DNA of 64,000 nt from Balanoglossus misakiensis (Eukaryota; Animalia; Hemichordata), in contig CM082595.2 in assembly GCA_040954595.2 (NCBI GenBank), positions 519,690-583,689 of the forward strand, in the 5' to 3' direction. Of this stretch, positions 35,108-56,555 are shown one piece after another. The number at the start of each line of letters is the position of its first letter. Position 1 is the stretch's first letter. The position numbers and the translations under genes are program-made. Under the pieces are notes generated by a model. That model worked only from the letters and a program-made list of their open reading frames with translations, made no database searches and had not been told where the DNA came from.

Positions 35108-36543
35108 ATGTACATGTATTGTGAGGGAAGAGGTTCATAAGGGACTTTCAGCGAAGAGATTAATCTTTCAGCATAGGGATTAATTACTATGATAGGAGTC
35201 ACGTAATTTGTATTAGCAATTGAGTGTTTTGGTATTTGAGTTTTCTGCTATTTGAATGCTTTTGGCAAGATATTGTAGAAACCTGAGTGTCTTCCCCTCC
35301 CAAACTTTTTTGATGAAAGGTCTTTTTCAATATCAGTTTGTTGTAAAATATCACAAAAGGCCATGTAACATTGTAAGGTCTTGAACCGTGGACACTGTCA
35401 TGATACTGTATATACATGTATCTAATTCTATTTGTTAAAATTTCTGGTTGTTACCTTTGGTGATGTTAACACATACAAGAATGTTAATTTTATGATAATT
35501 TAGAAAAATGTGTGAGTTCAAAATTGATATGAAAAGACATCCAAGTTCCATGAGAAAAAATTGTAAGAGAAATGCCCCTAAAAGAACATTTTGGGAAAAA
35601 ACATAGTCATGATGCTCACCAAGATTATCTCTTCTCAAAATTATATTAAATTCATGAAAGAGGAAATTTTGTCTTGCCCCTTTGAAAGAGGCCATCATGG
35701 TGTCAGGATAGTAATTTATGTTGTGGAAATTACTTGAATTAAAAGCGCATGAAAGTCAGGGGAATGTTAACTGGTTTGAACTCCCAAAATATAGTTGCAA
35801 AAATTGAATTAAATTTCGATTGTAAAAAAAAGGTCTTGGTACAACTACAAGGATCATTGATTAACCTAGTTCCACTGTGTATCTTACCTTATGATTATGG
35901 GCATGCATAGATCACGTGATAGAGAGGGGCCTGATAGTGTTTTCTCAGTCTCTGCTTATTTATTCCTCTGTCTTCGTGAAATTGCATGATAACATTTTTG
36001 TGTGTGTGTATGTGTGTGTAATTATTTGGTACAAAGGAAAATATTAACACTGGATTTAAATTTAAAAAATATAAAATGAGACGGACCAAGTTTTAAAAAA
36101 AATGTTGCTGCCTTTACATGTACTGTGCCTTGGCAGAATTGTAAAATGTATCAACGCATTCGTCGTTTGAATAACTGTAAAGTGTTAATGGAATTCTAGG
36201 CACAAAGCGTTGTCGGAAAAAAGAAGTGAAGTCTGTCTATTGATGTTGAATATTTGTTTGTGATTTATTGTTTTGTGGTCTGTTGCTAAGGAGGCTGTCA
36301 TTGGATTTTCATAATTTATGAAAATATTAATCTCATTATGTTGGGTGGTGGCCATCTTGGATTTTTAGCCTGTCAAGTCGTAAACGCTCCTCAGAAATGA
36401 CACCTTTGTTACCGAGAAAATCTACCTCTGTCTTTCCCCATCATCATCTGTCTGTTCTGACTATATGCTAATTCTTCGTTCTCTTTTGATTTGCAGTTTT
36501 TTTTTATATATAATTCTTTGAAATTTAAAAACATTCAGACATC

Positions 36544-45361
<8,818 letters not shown>

Positions 45362-48300
45362 TAATTTATATTTATTATCATTAATTGTCTTTAAAAAACA
45401 CGTGTATTATTACAAATTGAAACGAGAGAATGTAAAACCACTTTAAAAAAATCGTAGACAAGCTATCAGGCATTTTCAGTAATAATAGAAGATGATGATC
45501 TCCCTCTTGTAGGTGTTGATACAGAGATAGTACAAATTCTTATGAATTGTACTGACTTTTGATGGAGTTAGTAGCATTTTAATAATGTGAAAATTGGATG
45601 TACTAGGTTCCATTATCATGGTATGAGATAGTGGCTTGCCTGTTTGGCCTTGACAACTCAGAACTTTTATCGCAGAGGAGTACTTGAAACTTTTTTTTTT
45701 GGTCTGTTATGATGAGAGAAAAAACGTGTACAGACCCCCCTGTAGTGTTGTTGTTAGATCATTTGTACTGAGTAGCAATATTGTATTGGTTTTTACTCAC
45801 AATTCTGACACCGTTATGGTGCTTTCTGTGAAACCTGCAAAACGAAAAAAAATGAAGCGAATTACCCGAACACACTGCCATGTACATGTAGCTTGGAAGG
45901 GGAACACACACAAATCGCACATAGAGCTTTATAATGCTTGTGAACAAGACATTTTATTCCAGTGGTTTTGGAGTTGTTAGTCTAGAGGCCAATACAGGTT
46001 TGCATTATCTTCAAAAATCGTTTGTATGAGTGAGTGACTGTGGGACCAACCGACTTATACCATTAAATGTTTTTGTTTGAAGAAAACCATGCATCCCAAT
46101 GATTCCTTGGAAACTGTCCATATATCATTCTGAAATAAATTTAGAAAAAAATCATTAAAAAAACCCAACCAAACAGCTCATGCTGTGTGCTGTGTTCAAA
46201 GTAAAAATTGCTTACATTTCATCGTAACGTGTAATTCCGAAATCTAATTGTGACAGTGAAACTGAACAATATGCAATGGTGATACAACAGAGTTAATATC
46301 TCTGAACACAGTGGAATTCTTTTCCTGGTAGGAAATTTAGGAGTAGCTCATTACATAGTTAAGACAATGATTTGTGTTCTGTCGGTAGTGGTGGAGTGAA
46401 GGATTCTCAATGAATACAAGAGCACAGTTAGTATTAAAGTGACAATGTAGTTGTTCTTTTAGTGTGCGTTTATTGTGGCAATATTACAGAAAAGAACGGA
46501 CAATTTTTTGTCAGTTTTCTAGGCTTTTTTTCGTTTTCATCTGAATTGATGTTTTACTGCTTTAAGTGTGGACATATTCCAAGGAAAGGGAGCTGAGCGT
46601 TCTCTGAACCCCCTAACTTTGTAATATTGAAATGTGTCGGTGCACCATGGGAGATGCTTGTGATGGAACTGTATCTGTCACTACAGTGAGATAAAATGAC
46701 CACAGCTCAAGAGGGTCGCCTGAGTGTGTGCATGCGTGTGCGAGTATGTGAGTACGAGTGTGTGCGTGTGTGTTTAGGTACTAGACAAAAATTATGATAA
46801 ACTGAAGTGAGCTGAATCCAGCCTGACTTATCACAGTTCACAGTTCATCACCAGGACAGTTCGCATATTCATTTCTGTCTACAGTTTGTGCTAACTGGGG
46901 GAAAATGGATGTAAATTACAGCACCAAAGAACAACAAGTGGAAATAAAAATGAAAAAAAAAATGATTAGAAGATCAACTTTGTTTTCCCCCCACCCTGTA
47001 TACAGCATTTTACAGAAAAAAAAACAAAATGTCTCTCAACCTTTTCCTGTGTATAGTCAAGTCAGTTCCCAATGACTTTATATTGTTATATTTATTGGCT
47101 CTCGTCGTGTATTTTACAAAAACTGAAATTTCTTTCATGTCATTTTAAGCCCTGCAATGTGTAAACCAATCACTTGTCACTGTTTTTTCTTTTCTGTTGT
47201 TTTTTTTTTGCCCATATTTTTTTTTATTAATCATTGTAGAAGTTGAACAAATACAGAAAAAAAATGTTTAAAAATGACAAAAAGACTTCAGTGTTGGCCA
47301 GGGTTCCATGAGAGCTTATTTAATTTAGTTCACTCAAGTTTTAACCAAAGAGATCTTCTGGAACACTGGCTTAAACCCATTTTTTCTGAGATTACATTTC
47401 ATATAATAATATATATCCAATAGGGACGTAGCTTAAAACAGCAAATGGTCAAATTTGTACTAGGTAAAAACTTTAGCTAGGTCGCAGCCATGTAGCCAAA
47501 AAAGAAAAAAAATGAGAAAAACAAAAAAATGTAGGCAGGCTTTTTTCCTGTGTTCATATTTATGATGACAAGACCATTTATCCTGCACATTTTTTCTGGT
47601 AGTAGCGTCAAAACAGACTACTGTCTTTGTAATTCTGTGTGTAGTGTACTTTTTTGTACATTGAACATTTATTTGAAGAATTAAAAAAAAACAAAGAAAC
47701 AGAAAAAAAAAAAGATTATTAGGTCCTGTATGTCAGAGATACGTGTATAGTTGTGAGCTTGGAGCACAGTTAATGCTGACACCCCCTTGTGTCGAGATAC
47801 TTAATACCCAAATATTTGGAATTTTGCTGAAGCAGGGGATATTCCATTCCCAGAGAAGGGGGTGAAAGCATCAAATTGTGTGCCAAGCATTTCTGGTTAA
47901 CAGGTGCATGTCATTTTACATGAGAAGTGATGTTTTTTCTTTTGGTATTTTACCTAAAAGTTTGACATTGTAAAATGAAGTCCAAACTAGATTTTTGAGG
48001 TCTGTTTACACACACATAAAAACTCAAAAGGTCCTCCACTGCATCAAGGTGTGAAACTCTCTCCTATACTTCCCCATCTCGTCTAGGCTTTGGTGAGAGG
48101 AGTCACATCAGTGGGGGTTATCGAAGAACTCTTGTATCAGAAAGAGACTGGTTGCCACGATGCAATGAATTTTATTTGCTTGATCGAGCAATTGCCTTGT
48201 TACTTGTGCAAAATTGATCCAACCTTATCAGTGTCAATGTGTGTATGTAAAATTAAACTTAAACTGTCAATAAAGCATATTTGTCTTCTGTTAATGTGCG

Positions 48301-49874
48301 GCCTGTTTGATTCTGTGTATGGTAGGATGGCGATAGATTTGTTCTGATGGTGCCAGAAAGTGTCATCTTTGCATGTTATAACGTTGTACACCTGGTGTAC
48401 AAATTTAAGCTTGATGTGTGTCTGGATGTAACTGCTGTGCCCTCTGCATTGTTCTCAATCAGTATGGAATTCAAACATACAGCGTCACCATCTTTAGTTC
48501 TCATGTAACCATATGGGAAAATTTCAAAATGTGTTAATGACCTGCCTGTAAGGGTTGACTGACCATCCAAATTTGTAGGCCAAGGTTAGATGGTACCATA
48601 TCAATGTTACCTCTGTGTTAGACACATTTTAAAGTTTGATCAAGTTCAGCTTTTAATATCTTTTTGCTGCTTTTTGTGTGTGTGTATTTCACATAACAAC
48701 TAGGCAACTGAGTTGCTGTATGTGATAAAGTCACCATCACAAATTTTGGAAAAAAGAGACGAAAACGTGTGGTGTTCATATTTTGGCATCAAATGACCAG
48801 ACTGCTTTCCCCTCAGTATATGTAGGTTGCTTTCAGCTTCTGCAAGAACAATGACAATGTGGAACTGGATGGCTTGTAATTCATAACCCATGCCCATATG
48901 ATTTTACAACTTTGCAAACAAATGTTGACACCATCTGTTGTCTTTCTACGTGCAAATATGGATGTCCATATATTTTTGTTCCACAGACTACATTGGAGAT
49001 TGTTTTTCCACTTTCAGAAAGTGGTTTGTTAAATTCTAGGGGTTAAGTTGCTGGGGTGAAGTCATTTTGATATGTGTCTCTGGTGTGTATTGAAAAATTC
49101 TGCAAATATGGGTCATTTTCAGGGTATGACTATTAATCTGCGCAGATCATTATGCGTCATACGAAATTAGATGCTTGTCTCTTTCTTTATGGTTGTGTCC
49201 AGGATTTAAGTAGGGTTAGGCTAATCGACTTTATCATGGGTAGGTCAATTTGGGAACATTTTCAGAACAAACACAGAGAGTGTAAAAAACTGCCCCAGAA
49301 TCTCTAAGTGTGTATATAATGTGAAAATAAAGTGAAATATGTATTAAACTTGATGGAAAATTTTGCTTAAAACGTCTTGTGAGAGCAATTTGTGATATTG
49401 ACTTTTTAAATAATTTTACACTGCCGTCCCTTCGTTTTAAGGTTTCGCCCACGTCGACAACGAGAGTTTGCGTGGGCGTATATTACCTTAACAGGCAACT
49501 GTAGGCTTCGTTGATGACTATGCATGTCTAGGTCCAGCCTGCATAATGTTGATCAGTCTGGTGCCGAACTTAAACTATAGAGGGCCCACTCACAATTCCC
49601 ACCGCTGGCTGCGTGTAAAACTTCTAATGGTGGTTTGGCCGCAAAATCACAATTTCTTGCAGTTTTTTTGTCTCAAACATAATGTGATGAGACAGCACTC
49701 GTTTATGTCAATCTGGCAAAGATAGTTATAATACCAATGTCACTTCGCAGTTGTATAATTTACATAGTTTCAAACAAAATACACCGAGATTCCTCGTGAT
49801 CTTTAACTAAACAGTATATTGTGGAACAGCTGCAATGCCATCCAGAGGAGTCACATGTTTTTTGAATAAAATAC

Positions 49875-51481
49875 ATGTCGGTTTTTGTACTTTACGATTT
49901 AAATCTTACATTGGATTTTATCATGGTTCACAAAATAGCTTCAGTTGGATTTCGGGTTGCTGTGTTTGTGTCTACTGTCATCATTCTACTGATTGTCGTC
50001 CAAATGCAGATCTATTCCAAGAGAGAGGATATATCGCCTCTTATTCTCACCAGTGGTTTTGGAAAAGATAGTGCCATCCCTTCAGGGGTGGCATTGCAGC
50101 AAGTATCGCCGACGGAGCTCCTCCTTGAAGCGAAAGAGGATGGTGGTCAAAATACAGAACGAACTGCAAAGAATGATGTGGTCGAGTTGCCACCCTTTAT
50201 ATACAAGCAAGACAACCAACTACTACACGAAGTTCGGAAAATTAACAACTCTAATCTGCGATTTGATGGTTTTATTCCACATTGGTTTGATAAAAAGGAT
50301 GTCCTCAGAATGGAATTGATGTCACATGGCAAACTATCAAGCGTTCATTCGTACGAAACTAAGACTCGTCTGAAGAAGATGATCTTTGAGGACGGCAGTC
50401 GACCAAACATCGATAGTTTTGAGAAATGTGCGGACCAATGTGCAATGCGTAAAGGACCCCGCGACATCTATGAAGTATATTCCTTTCATGTAGATCGAGT
50501 TCTCGGACTGAACCGTTCCCTCCCTGCCATCGCTCGACGTCTCATCGATGAAAATGACAGGGAAACAATCTATCCTCTTGTTTGGTGGGATATCAATGTT
50601 CTCCAGCCTGGAAACAGGGAACAAAGCTCCATGTTCCTGTCCTGGACGGACTTCCAAAGAGTTCTCGCTTCTCGCTGTTTTGCCAGGGATAATATGGATG
50701 AATCGATGCGTAATAGCAAATGCACGACAAAAATAAGACACATTGAATGGGGCAGATTAGCACTATACGACTTTCTTTTACAAGTAGGTTTTCCTTTTTA
50801 TTCTGTGTTAAATTTGAAGGTGCTAGAGCAAGGCTCATCCAATTCATGCATTTTAATTCATGGTTTATAAAATAGTATCAAAATATATGTGCCATCGCTT
50901 GATGTGACCTGTTCTCTTTCATTTATAGAATCATGATCGAATCGACAGAAGTTGCTGTGGTTACGACCAAGAGGAGGGCGAAAGATGTTTTAGAGATGAC
51001 AGAAATGCCATTAACAAACAGACGTGCAAAAACGTCAATCTACAATTTCTCTGTAATATATTTATCCGAAAATACGATGAAAGTCGTCTTGTTTTCATCG
51101 ACAATCCATTTTATCTGAGAAGAAGCGCAGACCATTTGAATTACAGGCTTCTGGAAGGAATTAAAGAGTGAGTTTGTGACGATTTTCTTATGACAATCAG
51201 TCAGTAAAGTAACTATGAGATCACATTCTGAATAATTTGAAATAAACTCGATTTTGTTTGTGTCATTTACTGACAGGATTCCTGAATATCCGATATCAGT
51301 TTTAAAATCAGGAAAGTTTCACGATATGATGATGCAGTCCTTGTACATTGATAAAGTGTTCTGGGAAGACCAAGGCGGAAAGCTCTTCATGGAAAAGCTC
51401 ATTAACGTTACTGAAACACGTGCTCAGAAGTTGATGATGTATATAGAGAAGATGGGTATCATCCTCGTTCAAGACTACTGA
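49875..51481 (+). CDS. GASK1: Golgi-associated kinase 1 / FAM198-like type II membrane protein, 3 exons
   Basis: Exons 49875 (or 49923)-50783, 50929-51167, 51277-51481. N-terminal TM helix, [64 protein letters not shown] and SLYIDKVFWEDQGG match FAM198A/B motifs. Confidence 0.88.
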
Positions 51482-51593
51482 TGGACCATCCCCAATTTCC
51501 CCCGGCCCACCCCTTATTATAACTGAAAGCTCCCTTGAAGTCAGTGCCCAGGAAAATCGAAAAACGTGGGACCATCGACCAGTGTTGATTCCG

Positions 51594-54012
51594 TTAACTT
51601 GCACTGAAATCACCCAAGCTGTCTTTTCTCATGATGCTTACATCCAGTGTGATGCTTATAGGCGTTGCCGTGGTTACGGGTGTCACCCTGGGTACTTTGA
51701 ATTGGGATCTTGGTGAATTTTCACGACTTTTGTAACTGACATTGTATGCTCTTGTTCTCTCAGTGGAGTGACCTGCAAAAGAAGGATACACTCAAGATGG
51801 TTTAATTAATCTATAATTTAAAAGCCTTTTAAATAAGAATAGCTACCAAATATTTTATTTCCGTCTTTGACACACGCAGAGGTCGACAGCTGTTATGGAT
51901 TTTATTCAAAAACAAGTAAACCAAATCAACTACATGTACCGTCTTATATCTTTATGTCTGGTCATGTTTGTTTTATTGGGTTGCTGATGCAAAATAAACA
52001 ATAACAGTTATCTCTAAACACGAAATATTCAAATGATATTACCTGTCGTTGTGCACATATTGTTTTTGTTTCCATAGTAACTGTATCCATTGTCGTCTGG
52101 TTTGTGTCTGTGAGTTTTACGAGGCGACGAACAAGTTGAACTCCTGACGGGAATGAAAAGTGGTTTGTTGATTCTGGAAGATTCCCAGTGGCAAGGCGGT
52201 GTCTGTAACAAGGTTTCGCCACAACTGAGACCTGATGATGAGCAGCGATCAAAACCTGACTGAGGGATTCGGATCAAACTCTACAAAAGAGAGAGAGAGA
52301 CGAGATGGGAAGGCTCAAACGGCGGTGGTGGGGATGACGTCAGTCATTAATGATAACATGCAAATTTTACAGGCTTAGACAGGTGTGTTTGTGCATATCA
52401 AAAGGATTTTCTCTTGAATTGCATTGCGGTGTGTTCTTCTGTCGCTCTCACCACAGTCGCTTGCGGGCTCCAAGTCTGTGCTGCGTGCAGGTAGGCGTTT
52501 TTATACTAACCCTTGCACTGTAGCTCCCTTGCACAGGTGAAAGACCAACGAATGTGTATTGGCCAAGCGGGTGTTGCTTCAAATACCCGGGTTCATTCAC
52601 TCCACGTACACCTTTCAAGCTCTTGAGTCGCCTTGGTCGCTGAGGACACAAACACACTCATAAGTTGCATAGCTATAGTACCTTCTCGACACCCTATTTT
52701 GAAAGTCCATCCACGTGCAATTTGTGTTTAACCGAGAGCTATCTCCGTTTTTCATGAAACAAATGACTCTCTAGCTCTGAACATGTATTATCACCGTGTT
52801 GCTTCATCAGCATTGAAAAACCTGTTATACATGTACAGAGTTTGAAGTTTTCACTATTTCCAAAATACGTATAGTCTGTATTGAGTGAGTGAGTGTCGTC
52901 ATTTGTATGAAATTTGTTTAAATGAGTTACCCACCTGATACATTGAATACATGGTGTCACTGTCTTGCCAAAAGTCAAAGAAATCTTCTGCTGTTTTAAG
53001 AAATCAAAGAGTTTAACAAAAAGGGAATACCTACTGAGTATACCAATTACATAGCCATTAACATACACATACATAGAAACCATTCAAAGTTATGCGGGCT
53101 CTCTCCAAAGAGGTTCATTTTTGACAATGACAGGTGTGCTGAGAGTGTGAGTTCATTTGATTTTTTCTGAGTGTCTTATCGAAGCAAAATCCTGGGTGAA
53201 GGTTTTCATCTGACAAATCATCGAGTCTTTCATCAATATCATTTTACACAATGGCCCAATACTTACCCAATTCATGCCTATCTCCTAAAAGTGCTTTTAT
53301 CGATACGTTACTCGGTTCATGGTATGGTTCTAGCCTCTGTAACAAAAATCGATAGCGGGACAATACAAGGTTTAATTGTGCGAGTTGATGGGTCAGTTGC
53401 GGGGGTCAAGTGACAACAAAAGCAGATATATTACAACAAATCAAGACAAAACACAACAATATTGTATAAAACAAACCAAAATAAGATATATGCCAAAAAT
53501 ACAGTGTGTATGGTGATTGTCCAGTCACGATATAATTGCGAGGCAATAGTATTTTACAACACCGATTTGCAAATGCTATTTGGGGGGTTGATGTAGGAAT
53601 ATATTGTGCTGAATTCAAATTTGGACATGGAGACTGGTTTCAAATTGGCTGTCAAAATCGTCTAAAACATCTTGCACTGACAACATAACGATATCCCAAA
53701 CCAGTGGGCTCTGTTAGAAGCACCTGGCGCAAGTCTGGCGTCTTTGTTGTTTGTGAGTCACGGTGGCAACGAAAAGCTAATGCCAGGAGCAAGAAGAAAT
53801 TTGTTCAGGGGTCAGGTACTGAACAAACGGGAAAAACCTGAAGCAATTATGGAAAACGCTTCATTGGGTATAAGGAACGTTTAGTGGCCACAATAGAGAC
53901 CACGTACACAATGTATATACACTATTTAGTACTGGTATCGCCTTGGGTTGATATGATTGCAAATGTATTCAGCTGTTACCTGTCTGTCTGATACGCGTAA
54001 AATCGTTGCCAT
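51594..54012 (-). CDS. Uncharacterised six-exon protein (~234 aa; 5' end may extend to 54135 or beyond)
   Basis: Exons 54012-53980, 53336-53267, 52990-52935, 52639-52511, 52280-52043, 51772-51594 have AG acceptors, GT donors and compatible phases (0,1,0,0,1) with no internal stop. ATG in GCCATGG context. No family recognised. Confidence 0.62.
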
Positions 54013-54018
54013 GGCGAC
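54005..54018. promoter_or_regulatory. RFX X-box motif
   Basis: GTTGCCATGGCGAC is a 13/14 match to the palindromic X-box GTTGCCATGGCAAC and overlaps the putative ATG of the minus-strand gene. Confidence 0.45.
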
Positions 54019-55721
54019 CAAATCACTGGAGGTGAAGAGTTCGAGATGACTTCGCCGCGAAATAAAAGGTTTGAGAAAGTTCCACTGATGCAGGTCTGAC
54101 TGGGTTGTGAGCACTCGGTCGTTGGAATAACTTTCCTGTTAGTCGTAGATCACATTTGAAGTAATTACCGATCAACTTAAGACATATGTACCGGAACAAA
54201 TTGTAAGTATCCACGATTCCAGCGTTCAAAGATAATTCATAAAATCAGATCAAAGATGAAGTGCGTCTTCACACCATCTTCGTTCCGTGGAACTCCAAAC
54301 ACAACGGGCTTTAGACGCACTTGACAGTTGGAATTGTACAATTCTGATTCGGATGATAAAACAGGACAATAAAAATGACCGTGTTCATAAAACTGGTCCG
54401 GCAATGTACATATTGTATTTCTTTGTGGTTCTTCTTTTACTTAAAACCCCGCGAGACATGAAGAAGACAATGACAAGACAATAAAAGTGATGTTTTGATT
54501 TGTATTCAGATCCCCTGCGCTGAGTGCCATCCCTCTCTTGAAACCTAGAACCTTTCAACTCTGAAATTTGTCATTCACCAATGTACGGACAGCGTTGAAG
54601 CTTTTATTTCGCGTCATTATCATAACATAGCCTGAAAGATGAGCTTCAAGTGGGCGACTGTGGAGCGCCAGCAAGCGTCAGGATCTTCAGGTATAAGTGT
54701 ATAAAAGATACTAGTAGTAGTTTAATTGTGTAAAGTTTTTTTCTGCAATTTGGCAGTTGTGGTATATTTGCATCACACGGTCGATAGCACAGGCTTCGTT
54801 GTAGTTTGAACAAGGTACGGGAACTAAGGCAACGCCCACATAAAAGTAGAGAATTGCAACTATTCACGTGAAATGTCGAGTTTCTTTTCTGTGAGTGGGT
54901 TACTAGGTCATACATTCCTGAGAACCAGGCCCCTGGCACGCACGGAAACTGTAAAATGATTGAAACTCACAAAACACTTCAGTTGAAAGATTACATGTCG
55001 ACAGAGATTCTTTTCCTCTGACATTGTGATAATCTGCACAGGTCGTCCTAACGAAAATACGTCAACGATGAAACCATGAAAACGCTCCTGATTTAAAGTA
55101 ACTTTTCGACAGCTCTCCACTCCTCTTCGTGACCTGAGCATTGCGGACAGCCCATGGTCAAGTCTATGATAACAAAGACAGTTTGTCCACGGCCACGCGT
55201 ATTTATTATATTACAACCGAAGAAAGGCAAGTAACCTTTTTCCAACAGGAAAGTGTACATTTGCAATCTGTGGGTGCTTTGAACAGACGTGGTTGTGGAT
55301 TGAACTAAGAGGTCTCCTTTCAAATTTCCGATCGTGACCCAACGGCTTTCAACAACATGACATGTAAGACTATTAAAGTTTGTATCACATGACCAGCGCA
55401 TGAAACCCAGCTTTGTCGAGAACGAGGCTAATAAGTTGAGCACCTAAACAGATCAGAGACAGGCTCTGTTGGAGAAGGATCCTTCTGACCATCGCTGCAG
55501 GGCTAGATATCCACAGAGGTGTTGGACGCCCCCCGCAAACTGCCGAACTTGACTATGATCGTCTGCTTGTATTGATGGAAGGAGGCGTACTCTGTATGGT
55601 GTGCATGTCTGGTTTCACGTAACCCCAACTGGAAAAAAATATAATTTCACTGTCGTACTCTACAAGGCGTACTCTACCCGTACAGGTGTACACACACTAA
55701 AGGAGTTTGCTCAATATAATA

Positions 55722-56169
55722 ATGATGTGTGACCTAATTCGTATACCATTTATTTTGGCCGTGGCGGTTTTGGCCATTTGGACCGTGCCAACTTTGCAAC
55801 AATCACAGGCATGCTCGGAAAAAACCATGGAACAACGCGAGGAAGAAGCAAATGTTGTCTTGTCTGGTTTCATAAACCAGGTGTACAGAAAACCTCACAG
55901 CACTATGTATTCGTGTGAAGTTCGCGTTGTACGGGTTTTCAAGGGAGACACTGTTTTGAACGGTAACATGGATGGACATTCCCCGTTCACCCCAGCAATG
56001 CTCATGGTCGATGGTTTTGGAGACCCCACCATTTGTGAGAACACTGTCACCCGGGGAGACACTAGGCTTTTTCTTCTGGAAAGACAAAAAGATGGAATGC
56101 TTAAGTTGAATTCGAGTGTTGTTCGCATAACTATGAACAACTTAGACCGGGCGGAAGCCGCTGTCTCCG
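55722..56169 (+). CDS. AGRN: Agrin, first coding exon (signal peptide + NtA domain); gene continues beyond the window
   Basis: Signal peptide, then ACSEKTMEQREEEANVVLSG...YSCEVRVVRVFKG...VDGFGDPTICENTVTRGDTRLFLL...LNSSVVRITMNNL, matching the agrin NtA domain. Phase-1 donor G|GTAAGT at 56170. A stand-alone NtA protein cannot be excluded without downstream exons. Confidence 0.85.
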
Positions 56170-56405
56170 GTAAGTGGTCGTGCGAAATGAAATCGACATG
56201 GTCGAAATATACAAGGGGAGGGGGGGGGGGGGTTAATTTCAATGGAGCTGTTTGAGGGCATATTCTGTACCTATTCTTTGGGGGGTTCTGTTGAAAACTT
56301 AAACAATGGTGCATTCTCTCTGTCTTGGTGCTACATTCATTATGTCATAGTACAGTGTATCCCCAAACTTCCAAAGCTCCACACTTTCTGCCGTGATAAA
56401 CATAA

Positions 56406-56555
56406 CATTGATTGAATCATGGAGCTACCACTGTGATAGCTCCATGATTGAATCAATGAATATACTTATTAGCTGCAATGATTGTAGCGGGTACTGCTAG
56501 GTTGACGGTGTGTTCACTGCAGCCCTACCAGCACCCCCTACAATCATTGCAGCTA
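56406..56555. repeat. Two adjacent palindromic elements in agrin intron 1
   Basis: CATTGATTGAATCATGGAGCTA / TAGCTCCATGATTGAATCAATG (56406-56458) and TAGCTGCAATGATTGTAG / CTACAATCATTGCAGCTA (56470-56555). Confidence 0.75.

Noticed and set aside
50147-50847. Minus-strand and alternate-frame ORFs over GASK1 exon 1
   Set aside because: Shadows of the real coding exon.
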